Shown: piece after piece, positions 9,038-20,600 of the stretch
Numbering within the stretch: position 1 is the first letter of the stretch
Layout: each line of letters begins with the position of its first letter
IMG/VR virus record: IMGVR_UViG_3300037423_001433
Span: 18,879 to 82,878 of that record
Length of the DNA stretch: 64,000 nt
Source of the DNA: a virus
Lineage: Duplodnaviria > Caudoviricetes
Direction: 5' to 3' (one strand)
Program-made: the position numbers and the translations under genes
Notes under the pieces: model-generated
What the model saw: the letters and a program-made list of their open reading frames with translations, nothing else
Told to the model about the DNA's origin: nothing
Databases searched by the model: none

Positions 9038-9642
9038 TATATTTCCCCATAAATTTTAGGCCATCCAGAAAGATAATCATAAGTAAGAGGATCAGCAGCT
9101 TGTAGCATTGCTTGTTGATGAGCTTCTGCTTGAGCAAAAATAGCTTGGTCGCTGGCTGCAGCTGCTGAAAAGATTTGGCTTGCCAGTGTTGGAGTCATTA
9201 TCACAAATGAGCCGTCCATTGTCCTCCATTGAAGATTGGCTGGTATAGAAGTGCCCATCAATGTCAACCCAATTTGTTGTGATCTGCTGAATACATCAGA
9301 GTGAAACCATTTATCCACATTGTCTACAACAACTTTATATCCGCCAGTTTCAGTACGTCGCATTCTCTCTGTTTTAATTAACACCCAAACATAGTCTTGT
9401 TTCTGTTGAAGAGTTAATCCTGTTTGCGGAGCTTGTTGGGAAGAGATGTAATTCTTTATTTCAGATATTTCTGCTGCAGATAAGGCTGTAGCTCCAATCC
9501 CAATTTTCTTTACGAAAAAGTTTGTCTCATCGGAATAGAACAAACCATCGTATTGAAAAGAAAATTGGGGGGCATCGTTTATTGTCCAACTCGATGTATT
9601 ATTATTGATTTGTCCTTCACCATTGCCCCAAACTAATTTCAT
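9037..9642 (-). CDS. tail fibre assembly protein, DUF4376-like C-terminal domain
   Basis: IKTERMRR..GG..WFHSD..SR.Q...WRTMDGSFV.MT pattern; downstream of fibre. Confidence 0.6.
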   Translation of the reverse strand: MKLVWGNGEGQINNNTSSWTINDAPQFSFQYDGLFYSDETNFFVKKIGIGATALSAAEISEIKNYISSQQAPQTGLTLQQKQDYVWVLIKTERMRRTETGGYKVVVDNVDKWFHSDVFSRSQQIGLTLMGTSIPANLQWRTMDGSFVIMTPTLASQIFSAAAASDQAIFAQAEAHQQAMLQAADPLTYDYLSGWPKIYGEI

Positions 9643-9848
9643 GATGTAGCTTCAACTTTATTTTCAGCAGAAGCAGCTGGAGCATCTTCTTTAGGAGGAT
9701 TATTAGCTTCTTCAATTTGCCGTGCTGCTTCATTTTTAATTGCTGTGAAAAAATCGCCGCTAACTTTCAAAGGAAGTTCCGCTAGCCCTGCAAGAATTAG
9801 GTTGATTTGTTCAAGATTGAAATTAAAAGAAATAACTGTTTGATTCAT
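9639..9848 (-). CDS. hypothetical tail-associated protein
   Basis: 69-aa ORF with AAGGAA RBS. Confidence 0.55.
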   Translation of the reverse strand: MNQTVISFNFNLEQINLILAGLAELPLKVSGDFFTAIKNEAARQIEEANNPPKEDAPAASAENKVEATS

Positions 9849-9887
9849 TTTGTTTCCTTAATAAATTAGTAGTGTGTTTGGTAGAAT

Positions 9888-9903
9888 TTCTCATTAATGA
9901 GAA
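9888..9903. promoter_or_regulatory. 16-bp palindrome TTCTCATTAATGAGAA (copy 1 of 4)
   Basis: perfect palindrome, intergenic; related copies at 30128, 38390, 56671. Confidence 0.55.
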
Positions 9904-9904
9904 T

Positions 9905-10168
9905 TTATAGTTGTGTATGAATGTAAAACAATAAAGGGAATAAAACAGTTACAAAAGTTTTTGCAACACAAATGCCGATTCCTTCTCCCTCTTTGAAGTA
10001 ATCAACAATTTTCTTCAACACAGATATAATGAACGAGATGAGGAGTGCTATATCTGCATCAATACCAAGCAAGAGAAATGTAAACCCCATCAAACCGCCA
10101 TAAATAATGTGATTTGCATAGTCTTGCCTGATTTGTGGAAGTTTGTCTAGTGGATTAATCCAAGTCAT
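9905..10168 (-). CDS. hypothetical membrane protein
   Basis: 87 aa with 2-3 hydrophobic segments. Confidence 0.5.
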   Translation of the reverse strand: MTWINPLDKLPQIRQDYANHIIYGGLMGFTFLLLGIDADIALLISFIISVLKKIVDYFKEGEGIGICVAKTFVTVLFPLLFYIHTQL

Positions 10169-12458
10169 ATTGATATTGTAAATGTCTAGGTACGGTTAAT
10201 TTAATCAACTTATTTAAACGCTCATCCAATTCTTGAATTGCTTTTACTAAAACAGGAATTAAACGTCCATAAGATGCTTCCAGCTTTTCAGGATTCTCTT
10301 CATACACAAGTTGCAGAATTTCTTCGCATTTCAAATCTTCTTGTGCAGCCTTCAATTCTTGAGCAATAAAACCGCTATCCTTAATTCCAATCTTTGCTTT
10401 ATCGCGAGTATTCCATGTGAATGACACTGGATTAATCTTACGAAGTAAATTAAGTCCTACTTCTAATGGCTTGATATCTGTTTTATCACGTGCATCAGAC
10501 AAAGAAGTAATGGAAGTTACTTGGCAGCGCAGAGTTGTGATTGAACTATTACCTAAAGTAATTTCATTATTCACAGAGACAGATGATGCTTGAGCTGCAT
10601 ATCCAATTACTGTGTTGTTCGTCCCAGTTGTAATGTTGCTGCCAGCACCGTGCCCCAATCCTGTGTTATTTGAACCTGTCGCAGCAATAAGGGACTGATC
10701 ACCAAAGGCAGCATTATTAGAGCCTGTGGAAACTGTATACAACGCTTGATATCCAACTGCAGTGTTAAAACTGCCTGTAGTATTTGAAATCAAGGCTGCA
10801 TTTCCAACTGCTGTGTTTGGAGTCCCAGTGGTGTTTCCCACTAACGCTTGATATCCAACTGCAGTGTTATTGCTTGCCGTACTAGCTTGAAGTGCATTAT
10901 GACCAATAGCAACATTGGATGATCCAGCAGTATTTGCAGATAATGCTGAACCACCAATTCCAATATTATATCCACCGTTTACATTAGCAACTAACGCAGA
11001 ATCCCCAAAAGCACAATTACTTGGGCCGGTAGTATTATTATGAAGTGCTGATGTGCCGAATGCGTTATTTGAGCCTCCAGTTGTATTTGAGACTAACGCT
11101 GAAGCACCAAATGCATTATTATCATTTCCAGTAGTATTAGCAGTAAGAGCACTTGAACCAAACGCACAGTTTGGAGTCCCAGTTGTATTAGCTTGAAGCG
11201 CATAAGACCCAAAAGCTGTATTATTACTTACAGTATTGTTCTGAAGTGCAGCATAACCAAAAGCAGAGTTACTACCGCCAGTTGTATTTACATTTAATGT
11301 AATATAACCAAAAGCAGAGTTACTACCACCAGTTGTATTTGACGCCAATGCAAGAGAACCAAAAGCAGAATTATAAGATGTTGTGTTTGAATTAAGTGCA
11401 GAATAACCAACAGCTGTATTATGTACACCAGATACATTATTTGACAGCGTATAGGTGCCAAAACCAGTGTTACTACTTCCTGTTGTGTTAGTTACTAGTG
11501 AGCTGTAACCAAAGGCTGCATTATAATTACCCGTTGTGTTGTCATTCAAAGCAAAGTTTCCAACTGCTGCACAAGCGACACCAGTTGTATTTGATGCAAG
11601 AGCGCCATCCCCTGCACCGAAATTACTTGTAACTGCTCCACCGCCATAACTGCCTGCATATACTCTTGCTCCATTAAGAGATAATTTAGGAGAACTTAGT
11701 GTCATTACTGTGATACCACCTAACTGCCAATAATGCGCTATTGATCCGCCAGTTCCTCCAGCGTTATAATAAGTTCCGCCTACGCCATCTTGATTTAACT
11801 GAAACACAGTGGCTGCAGTTCTTTGAACATACAGCGCAGCACCACCAGTCCCAGAAGAATCAATTTCAGAACTATAAGTAGAGCCTATGTATGATCCTAC
11901 AGAGAACGATCCACCAGAGGAAATAATTGTGCTCATCTGAATGGATAGTTTATTAGGAACTGAACCTGTTCCCGCACCACCGGGGCCAATATAAAAATTG
12001 GTTGCACTATTCCAACCTAAACCAATCCAACCTACATTAGTGCCAGCTGCATTGTTTACGTTGTATAATCTGATAGCATCATTCGTTTGCAATGTTCCTG
12101 ACGGCATAATTGCAATACCATTTGGAGCAACAAAACGAATAGAACCTGTTGCAAATCTTCCTGTGTCAGCAGTCGCTGTAACAAATGAACCAAATAAATT
12201 ACCAGAAGCTGTAAATGTCCCTGTTACAGCCATGGCCCCTGTTAAGTTGAAAGAAGATAGTGCATCAACCCAACTTGTCCCATTAAATCTTTCAAACTTA
12301 CCTGATGCACTATTCAGCCGTTGAGAATTAGTAGGAAGATTAGTAGGAGTAGAATACGCTGGATCGAGCATTGTTGCCAAATCCAAATCTCTGCTGCTTA
12401 TTTGTGGTAGCAAGGTAGCGTATGCTGTCCCTGTTGAAAGAGCTGTAAAATCTGCCAT
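10155..12458 (-). CDS. tail fibre with 16-17-aa repeats and C-terminal intramolecular chaperone (peptidase S74-like)
   Basis: about 19 NTTGxxNxAxGxxAL repeats; LSDARDKTDI...SGFIAQE...YGRLIPVLVKAIQEL. Confidence 0.85.
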   Translation of the reverse strand: MADFTALSTGTAYATLLPQISSRDLDLATMLDPAYSTPTNLPTNSQRLNSASGKFERFNGTSWVDALSSFNLTGAMAVTGTFTASGNLFGSFVTATADTGRFATGSIRFVAPNGIAIMPSGTLQTNDAIRLYNVNNAAGTNVGWIGLGWNSATNFYIGPGGAGTGSVPNKLSIQMSTIISSGGSFSVGSYIGSTYSSEIDSSGTGGAALYVQRTAATVFQLNQDGVGGTYYNAGGTGGSIAHYWQLGGITVMTLSSPKLSLNGARVYAGSYGGGAVTSNFGAGDGALASNTTGVACAAVGNFALNDNTTGNYNAAFGYSSLVTNTTGSSNTGFGTYTLSNNVSGVHNTAVGYSALNSNTTSYNSAFGSLALASNTTGGSNSAFGYITLNVNTTGGSNSAFGYAALQNNTVSNNTAFGSYALQANTTGTPNCAFGSSALTANTTGNDNNAFGASALVSNTTGGSNNAFGTSALHNNTTGPSNCAFGDSALVANVNGGYNIGIGGSALSANTAGSSNVAIGHNALQASTASNNTAVGYQALVGNTTGTPNTAVGNAALISNTTGSFNTAVGYQALYTVSTGSNNAAFGDQSLIAATGSNNTGLGHGAGSNITTGTNNTVIGYAAQASSVSVNNEITLGNSSITTLRCQVTSITSLSDARDKTDIKPLEVGLNLLRKINPVSFTWNTRDKAKIGIKDSGFIAQELKAAQEDLKCEEILQLVYEENPEKLEASYGRLIPVLVKAIQELDERLNKLIKLTVPRHLQYQYDLD

Positions 12459-15400
12459 TAATGACCTCTAGCTGTCCATGAAACAGTGCCACTGAGCCTT
12501 GTTCCAGTGTTATCGAATAAAAGAACTTTAAAACTTGTTGGATTAGGTATGCTTGTGAAATTTACTACACAATAAGCAGCGCTTGTTCCCATTGGAGTAA
12601 CATTAATGCTTGTTACATCTAAAAATGCTATATTAAATGTTGCAGTAGTTCCTCCAGAATCTGTTGAAACAACATTCAACACTCCAGCATCATTTACAAG
12701 TTTAGAATCAACCCGAACATTCAATGAAGTCAATTTATACAAATCTGTTGCACCTCCAGATACAGCAATTCTTATTTTGATGTATCTAAAACCAGTCGCA
12801 TAGATTTCTGTGACCCCACTATAACTCGTATATGTAATATTGTCTGCGGAAGTAGAAAGAGTGGTCGTAATTGTTGGAGAACCTGCAATCACGCTTCCAA
12901 GATAGGACATCGTTATTTTGTTTGATCCTAATGTAACGCCCAAATCAAATACTTCTTCGTAATAACCCGGAGAATCTGCAGGTTCAATATAAATTGGATA
13001 ACCTGCGTTAATTTGGTCTTGAACGTCAGTCCACGATCTTGTAGAAAAATGTTGTGCCCAAGTTTCTGTCGTATTAACTGGCATAATTACCCCGCCAGTT
13101 TCTACAAACGCATTTGATATCGTACCCGTGAATGTAGAGTCAATACTACTTCTAAATACATAATCAGGAGGTTGATTCACATTTACAGCAATTCCTACAG
13201 GAGTGCCGTAATTGCCTGCTGAATCAATACCGGTGATCCAGTATGTAAATAATCCTGCGACAGTTTCAAAGACGGTCGTAAACAGCCCTTGCTTAGTTCC
13301 TATCAAAGTCGAAGAAGCATATGTAGAACCTTTTCTTACCTCATAAGATAAAATAGGTAAAGTCGCTGTTGCATCCGTCCAATACAACAAAACATTATTA
13401 TCAATTGTTTGTGATGTAATTGTCACTGCATGCGGTATACTGACAACTACTGTCACGCTTCCTGTTACCGCTCCAACATTTCCTGCGACATCAACAGCAG
13501 CAATCCAGTAGGTTTTTGATCCACTAAAATTTACTTTTTCTGTGTATGATGTAGTATATAAAGAAGTAATTGGTGTGCCTGCTGCCCAAGATGAACCATA
13601 TCTAATTTCGTAATGATCAATTGCAAAAGCGCCTGTAACTTGTGACCAATTAATAACTACATTTTGGCCTGAAATAGATGCTGTTGGACTTGTTGCAGAA
13701 GGAACTGCTACAATAACAGTAGTATCAGCTTCGTTAGTAGAATAATTTCCGCTTGTATCGATTGCTTTAATTCTGTAAGGAATATTTCCAGACGTAGTAG
13801 GTTTTGTAAAATAATGAGTAGAATTTGTTTTAGCAACGAGTGTCGCACTATTCCAATCAGTTCCACCTACCCTGATTTCATACTCTTTTAAATCCACATC
13901 TGTGTTGGCATTCCATGTTAAAGTGATGCCAAAATTTTCCAATGAATAAGTAAATCCTGTTACATCCTTTGGAGGTTGAGTTTTGCCAATTACTGTATAT
14001 GCTGGAGAGTTAAACCAAGCAGATTTGGCATTTACAGGAGTATTAACCGCGCGAATCCTCACAATATATTGCTGACCATCTTGTACAGGAGACAGATATG
14101 CCGCTGTTGAATCTCCTGTAACAGTTGTTGAGTGCCATGTTGTTGTTCCCAATTGAATCCATTGCAATTCAATATCTCCTCCTGCTACAACGTTCAAAGA
14201 TGTAGATTGAGGCCAAGTAGCTAAAATCCTAGACACAACAGTACCATCTGGCATCAACAACAAAACGTCAGTACCAGAAGAGAGAGTCAAAGAGCTGATT
14301 GCAGGAATCGAATAAGGATTTTCTACATCGTTAATTGTTAATGGAGCAGCTGAAACAGCATCTGCAAAATCCCAAATAGTTGGGTCATCTTCTTTTATAG
14401 TAAGTTCAACCAAACCCGATGGAGAAAATTTCTTATCCGTTACACGGAATATCTTATCATTAAATCCAAAAAAAGAACTTGTAAATGTGACTCTATCGCT
14501 AACTTTTAAAGGCCACGTTTTTAAACTAAATTCTGCATTTACTGTATAAGAGTTTCTTTGATCTTCTGTAAAAATACGAGATAAGTTATGAATTCGCTGA
14601 ACGGAGTCAGTGAATGGAAAATCTATGTTTGTCCATTTTTCTAATCCATCTGCTGTAACATATGTACTATTTTGATACGGTGTAAAATCAGTTAGTGCGT
14701 AATCATTCTCTGGGCCTATATATTGTCCTTTTACTCCGTTGTAAAGCTGCGTGTCAGAGATTGATGGTGTTATACCCACTTTACCTACAATATCACTTTG
14801 ATCAAGCGGCATAACAGGCGCAATATACTTGCCTGCTGCAATACTCCAAGTTGTAGAAACAATACTTCCAGCCATTGATTGTGCTATATGCTCTAGCGTG
14901 CCTTCTTGAGCCATATCCGCAGTAATCGTTCCATTAAATGTATAACGTTTACCTAAATCAACTGGAATAGATGAATCGTCCGCATTAGTTTCATCACAAA
15001 TATTAGCAGCAGCAATATAATCTGCTAAAGGAATGTCACTAGGATCAACACCGCACATCTCGCTTGTAAGATAATCATACGCGACAAGAGCGTTATTATC
15101 ACTCCAAGCCGTAGTTCCTGTACGAACATCTAATATCTTCTTACCCTTAACAACAGCCTGAATCGAGGGAATACCTGCCTGAAATTCTGACTGAGATAAA
15201 TGTAATTGCACAACTAGGTAACAAAAACCATCTAAAGTTGCTGTTGAAGGCCAGAGAGTTGGATTAAGCGCATGCAAGACAGGATCAACTGGATCACCAG
15301 CAGTTCCCATATGAGGCCAAATATGTACAGTAGGAATATCGCCGGGACTTGTGTAGTAAATAAAATCTCCGGGACTAATTGAGCCTGTCACAAGTGCACC

Positions 15401-16033
15401 CGCTTCATAGAGATCGGTTGATCCCGGAACAAGAGTACCAGTTACAGTTATACCAATCGGGGAGTCAGTTTCTCCCCCTTGTAGTCCAACAGCCCATACC
15501 GTACCAACATAAGATTGTTTACTTAATGTCATTGAGCCATTAGTAGAAGGGGACTCAATAGACATTCCTAAATTTCTTGGATAAAAATAAGATTCAGGAG
15601 GACAAGCACCTGTCAATGGATCACGGTTAGCCCATCCAAATGGATGTCCTGCGATATAAACTTCTTCTATGCTTTCGCACTCATGCGCGGCTAATACACA
15701 AACTAAATATTTACTTGTACCAGCCGTGTCACCATTAATAATTGCCACAATAGAAGAGCCAACAATTGTTTCCCCATAGATGTATACATACGGGGATTCT
15801 CCGCTGACTGCTGTAATGGTTCTGTCATGTAACCCATTTATCCATTGTTGATAGGCGTCTTTTTCGGCTTTGCGTTGTTGCATAGAGCCATAAATAGCCA
15901 TGCCAATAACCAAAATTAAGGCATAATATGTCTCAACAAAAACGATAATTGCCGCTATTACTGGGGCAGCAAGAGCTAAAGAAGGAGTAATTAAGAGGGT
16001 AATGATAAGGCTGATAAATGTGACCAAGCGCAT
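12458..16033 (-). CDS. central tail tip / host-specificity protein (J-like) with FN3-type domains
   Basis: 1191 aa; YIYGETIVG, SDNNAL..YDYL, YTFNG motifs; Ig/FN3-like YEIRVG repeats. Confidence 0.85.
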   Translation of the reverse strand: MRLVTFISLIITLLITPSLALAAPVIAAIIVFVETYYALILVIGMAIYGSMQQRKAEKDAYQQWINGLHDRTITAVSGESPYVYIYGETIVGSSIVAIINGDTAGTSKYLVCVLAAHECESIEEVYIAGHPFGWANRDPLTGACPPESYFYPRNLGMSIESPSTNGSMTLSKQSYVGTVWAVGLQGGETDSPIGITVTGTLVPGSTDLYEAGALVTGSISPGDFIYYTSPGDIPTVHIWPHMGTAGDPVDPVLHALNPTLWPSTATLDGFCYLVVQLHLSQSEFQAGIPSIQAVVKGKKILDVRTGTTAWSDNNALVAYDYLTSEMCGVDPSDIPLADYIAAANICDETNADDSSIPVDLGKRYTFNGTITADMAQEGTLEHIAQSMAGSIVSTTWSIAAGKYIAPVMPLDQSDIVGKVGITPSISDTQLYNGVKGQYIGPENDYALTDFTPYQNSTYVTADGLEKWTNIDFPFTDSVQRIHNLSRIFTEDQRNSYTVNAEFSLKTWPLKVSDRVTFTSSFFGFNDKIFRVTDKKFSPSGLVELTIKEDDPTIWDFADAVSAAPLTINDVENPYSIPAISSLTLSSGTDVLLLMPDGTVVSRILATWPQSTSLNVVAGGDIELQWIQLGTTTWHSTTVTGDSTAAYLSPVQDGQQYIVRIRAVNTPVNAKSAWFNSPAYTVIGKTQPPKDVTGFTYSLENFGITLTWNANTDVDLKEYEIRVGGTDWNSATLVAKTNSTHYFTKPTTSGNIPYRIKAIDTSGNYSTNEADTTVIVAVPSATSPTASISGQNVVINWSQVTGAFAIDHYEIRYGSSWAAGTPITSLYTTSYTEKVNFSGSKTYWIAAVDVAGNVGAVTGSVTVVVSIPHAVTITSQTIDNNVLLYWTDATATLPILSYEVRKGSTYASSTLIGTKQGLFTTVFETVAGLFTYWITGIDSAGNYGTPVGIAVNVNQPPDYVFRSSIDSTFTGTISNAFVETGGVIMPVNTTETWAQHFSTRSWTDVQDQINAGYPIYIEPADSPGYYEEVFDLGVTLGSNKITMSYLGSVIAGSPTITTTLSTSADNITYTSYSGVTEIYATGFRYIKIRIAVSGGATDLYKLTSLNVRVDSKLVNDAGVLNVVSTDSGGTTATFNIAFLDVTSINVTPMGTSAAYCVVNFTSIPNPTSFKVLLFDNTGTRLSGTVSWTARGH

Positions 16034-16416
16034 AGTGCTTTTGTCCTGTCTAAATAAATTAAGCCGGATTCACTTGGGCCGACAATTTTTGATCCACTGA
16101 AAATACAGATTGACTCTTCGTAAAGAGCAATATCACCATCTTTTGCTAAGTTCGGATGAATTTGTTTAAGACGTTTATCAACAGCTGCTTTTATTCCGCC
16201 TTCTTGCTGAAGAAATCTTAAAGCTTCTTTGGCTGAAGCCCATTTTGGATAATCTGCTAGAATATTTTTTCCAGTCTTTAAAAATATCCAATTGTTTGCA
16301 AATAAAACGCAGTCATGCTTTCCCCATTCAAATGGGGTTTTCAAATTTTCTGTTAAATACTCATGCAGTTTTACTACGGAGTAAAAATTATCTTTTGAGC
16401 TGCTGCTGAGAACCAT
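15991..16416 (-). CDS. tail assembly protein, NlpC/P60-like (gpK-type)
   Basis: PFEWGKHDCVLFA motif, position before J. Confidence 0.65.
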   Translation of the reverse strand: MVLSSSSKDNFYSVVKLHEYLTENLKTPFEWGKHDCVLFANNWIFLKTGKNILADYPKWASAKEALRFLQQEGGIKAAVDKRLKQIHPNLAKDGDIALYEESICIFSGSKIVGPSESGLIYLDRTKALCAWSHLSALSLPS

Positions 16417-16970
16417 GTTTGCGGCCTTGCTATCAAATCACTTAACAGATTAAATCCAGTATCACTAGGATGTTTCAATATTTGTTGGGCTGCGGTCATA
16501 CGTAAAGAAGGAAGTTTACGCAAGCCATACGCGGAAGTTTCACATTTTAATGTAATTGTTCCAGCCCCCGTGTTGTCAATCATAATAGAAACCATGTCCA
16601 TATAACCACGCCAACAAAGAATTGGTGTATCAATAAGTTGAAATTGCTCTGTCAAAGGGCACATGTACATTTTTGCTTCTCCACCGCGAAACTCAGCAGG
16701 ATCGCCAGCAGCTAAAGCAAAAATTGACGGTTGCGAAATATTTAAAGTAAAGTTCAAAGGTTGTGAAATAACTTGTTCGCTCTCTTCAACTGTGTCAATT
16801 GACCCTAATGAACCAACACCAATCCATGTATTACCGCCCCAAGTGTAGTTTTGATTCATAGTGCTAACATACAGCACTGATGATTTAAAATGGAATTCAA
16901 CAAAATAAACAACTCTAGCAACTGGGGCTGCCAAAGCATTATCTTGCCCAGTAGTTGTACCTAAAGGCAT
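16374..16970 (-). CDS. minor tail tip protein
   Basis: synteny between distal tail protein and gpK-like; W.GVGSLGSI motif. Confidence 0.6.
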   Translation of the reverse strand: MPLGTTTGQDNALAAPVARVVYFVEFHFKSSVLYVSTMNQNYTWGGNTWIGVGSLGSIDTVEESEQVISQPLNFTLNISQPSIFALAAGDPAEFRGGEAKMYMCPLTEQFQLIDTPILCWRGYMDMVSIMIDNTGAGTITLKCETSAYGLRKLPSLRMTAAQQILKHPSDTGFNLLSDLIARPQTWFSAAAQKIIFTP

Positions 16971-17608
16971 TACGTCCTCCAGTCTTCAATCAGTGGAATA
17001 ACAATGCCAGAAATCATATCCATCTCGTAATCCCATTGAATTAATGTTCCAGTTTGACCGTTACTGCTGTTTTGATCGTTGTACCTAAACAGAGCTTTAG
17101 GTGCATCCCAAGTTATAGAATCTCCTGCTGAAAATGCATTGCGAAGAGGAGGCTCTATGGAAAGACTGATAATTCCAGAACCGTCTGCTGTTGCGTCAGC
17201 TAAAACCATTACAACTTGTTGTGTAGCACCACTGCCAAAACCAATTAAATCCCCTTTCAATAATGTTTTTCCTGCCTCTGTTGCAGCAATCACACTTATT
17301 GTTGTATCTCCTGCTGATGGGGCTGTATTAAAAGTCATTGTTCCGCGCATTGTTCCAAGTGGTGCAGGACGTGCTAAATTATGTAATGCTAACTGATTAG
17401 TACGTCCTTTTAATTGCATCAAAAGAGTTTCAATATCTCCTGCATCTTTTTCATACACCAATAAAGGTGTAATTGATGCTGACCATTGCGGTGGAGATAC
17501 TTCAATTGCTTGAGAACCAAAAATGGAGTTAAAATAAACATCCCTTCGCTGTTGCATCCACGAAAATTTTTCAACAGTAATCGTGGAAGGCCATGTTATT
17601 ACACTCAT
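16970..17608 (-). CDS. distal tail protein
   Basis: immediately after tape measure. Confidence 0.6.
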   Translation of the reverse strand: MSVITWPSTITVEKFSWMQQRRDVYFNSIFGSQAIEVSPPQWSASITPLLVYEKDAGDIETLLMQLKGRTNQLALHNLARPAPLGTMRGTMTFNTAPSAGDTTISVIAATEAGKTLLKGDLIGFGSGATQQVVMVLADATADGSGIISLSIEPPLRNAFSAGDSITWDAPKALFRYNDQNSSNGQTGTLIQWDYEMDMISGIVIPLIEDWRT

Positions 17609-17612
17609 TGAA

Positions 17613-20600
17613 TTAACCTCTTAACTTGCCAGCTCTATTTAATTTTTCAACCAATTGGGAGTTACCTTGCTGTACCATTGCTGAAACCATAGTTCTAATT
17701 TGAGCAGAATCTGAACGAGAGTCAATATGAATTGTCGGAGAATAATTTACTTGTGTTCCGCCCATCATATTAGCAATTTGGTCATTAGGAATGATAGTTC
17801 CGCTTTGCTTTGGAACAAAAAGCTCTGGGCCTTTTTCCCCAACAAGAGAGACTTTATTCATCGGAGGAGTACCACCTTCAGCATATTGGCCAAGCGACTC
17901 TCCATATCCAACAGAAGAGTTTCCTGCTAATCCCATCTCTTCACTTTCTGCAGTTTGTCCTGAATAAGATGAAACACTGTTTAGATTTACTCCAGTATAA
18001 TATTGGGCGACAGCACCAAATATAGAACTAAACATCCCGTTGTAGCTGGAGCCGCCACCACTATTAGGGGCTTCTGTGAAACCGGAACCTCCAAAAAGAC
18101 TAGCTATTGCTTTCTTTGCAGCAATTCGAGCCAAATCCGCAATAATTGAATCTGCAAAACTTTTGAAGTCAGCTTTTCCTTTTGATAAAAAAGTGGTCAA
18201 AGTGTTTTCTGCAGAACTAAAAGCACTATTCAATGCTCCACCAATCAGGGTTGCATCATTTTGAGCTGATTGTGTGTACTTTAGCAAAGCATCTTGAGCG
18301 CCAGATAATGCACTTGTCTTATTCAAATCATCTTGCATCTTCTTCACTTCAGCATCCGCTTGTGCAATTGCTTTAGTCTGTTCTGGAGTTGCGTTTTGAA
18401 TTTGTTTTAATAAATCAAGTTTTTGACGCAGCAATGGAAGTTGTTGTTGCTCGTAGCTTTTTACTTCTCTATCCGCAATAACTTTAGCTAATATACCGCC
18501 TTGATCTGTGACATCTTGCAATTCAGTGATATGAGCTTTTACATTGTCATATAAAGTTTTAAACTGTGCATCTGCTTCTTTGAATTGACCTTCAATTGTG
18601 TTGGCCTTCATTGTTTCTTGAAGCACACGCATTTTTTCAGTCAACTCTTGAACATACATATCCAACTCTTTGGTAGGAGCGACGCCCCCATCCATCTCTT
18701 GAGCCATCAACATACCCAAATTAAATGATTGTGCTGCAGCTTGTTTTTGCAACAAAGAGTTTTTCTCTGCTGCTGCTGCAACATACTGACCTTCACGCTC
18801 TAAAGTTTTAATGTGGTTTTGTTCATTCTCTTGATACAAACGAGATAATTCCACATTCACGTCTTGCTGAGCTTGAATCTGGGCTTGTTTGGCATTATCT
18901 TCTGCAGCTTGAATTTGATTGCCATAACGTTGTTGTGCTGCTTTTTTGTTCAAATCCCCAGTCGCCGTGTCAATCATCCTTTGATATGCAGCAGCTTCTT
19001 TATTGTAAGCTGCAACAGCTACATCAGCATTTGCTTTGATCATTTGAACACGATCAATTTCTCCAGCTTTGAACGCAGCATCATTCGCTGATTGTGCAGC
19101 CTTTAATTCACGCTTTGCTGCTTCTGCATCACTTTGAATTTGAGCAATAGCTTGATTATATGCGTCGTTTTCCGCTGCACGTTCTCCCGGAGTTTTCTTG
19201 TCCTTATATTTTTCACGGACATTCTGAATCATTTTCAGACGATCTTCTTCAATCTTCGCAGTATCAACTCCGTAAAGAATGGCATCTTCTTTCAGCTTGC
19301 CATAAAGCATATTGACATTAGCTTCTTCTTCAGCGCGTTTTTCAGCATTAGTTGCAAATTGATTTTTTAGAATATCAATTTCTTTTTGAGCATTAGCGCT
19401 CTCTTTTCGGATACGTGCATCATCAGCTTGTTTATCAGCTGCTTCTTGTTCTGCAGCCATCTTTTGGCGTAATTGCTCTACCAAAGATGCTTGAGCATCA
19501 ATTTGATTTTGAAGATTTTTATCTGTGCCTCCCATCAAATTGTCGCTTTTCATTTGCTCTTGCATAGCTTTTAAAGAAGCTTCTGCTTGAGTAAAATCGA
19601 TCTGTGTGGACTTTTTACCAATAGAGCTAATAGCATCAAACGTATCAGATACAGCGTTACTAACCGCTCTCCATCCTCTTGTCCAAATACTTAGTTCATT
19701 TACGTTTTGATCAATAACTGGAGTCAGTGCTTTGACTGCTTCAGCCATTGCTTCTTGTGATTTACCAGCTTTTTCCATCGTCACAATCAATTCATACTCT
19801 TTGGCATCCATTGTACCAATTGCTTGATTGTGTTCCAACGCCCACTTAGATGCGCCTTGTGCCAATCCATCATAAAACTTGAGTGTTTTATCTGTAGATT
19901 CGCCTGTCATTTCAGACATTTGAATGGCACCCTTACCGATAGCTTCAATTGTAGAGCGCGTGTAAAGACCATAAGAAGCTATATCTTCAAATGCGGCTCT
20001 AGCTGCATTTGTTGTTGTTCTAACAGTGGTGTATTGGATAGATAACTGCTGAAGGCTTGCACTTGTCAGACCTGCAGAGTTACTAGTCATCTTTAAAGAA
20101 TTATCAAAATCTCTTTGTTCTTGTGCACCTTCATTAACTAGATATGCAAAGCCTGCGAATACACCAACAACAGCCGCAATAGCTGCACCAATTCCAAGAA
20201 TACTAACACCGGATGCTGCGGCTCTTTCGCCCAAAACCATGAAACTACCCGGAATGCGAGAAAAATTACCACTCAATGTTTCGTGAGCTAACACCATTAA
20301 TTCACGTTTAGCACCAACCGTGCCTAAACCAATTTTTGCTAATGCGCCAACACCCTTTTCACCAGCATCATCTAAAGCTGCACCTAAGGACTTGGCTTGG
20401 GCAATCGTCTCTGCAGAATATCCACGGGAAGCAGCAACTGCAGCAGCTTTTTCTGCTGAATTAGCTTTAATTGTATCTACTTGCAATTGCAAAGTACGAA
20501 GATAATCAGCCTCATCTTTTGCGCGTGCTCTTGCAGCAGCATCCATTTGGTTATTCATACGAATAGCTTCTGCTTGAGCTGCAGCTAATGCTTTATACTC

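Noticed and set aside
10600-11650. Regularly spaced nucleotide repeats resembling a CRISPR array
   Set aside because: They are degenerate codons of the tail-fibre peptide repeat; no identical repeat-spacer pattern and no cas genes
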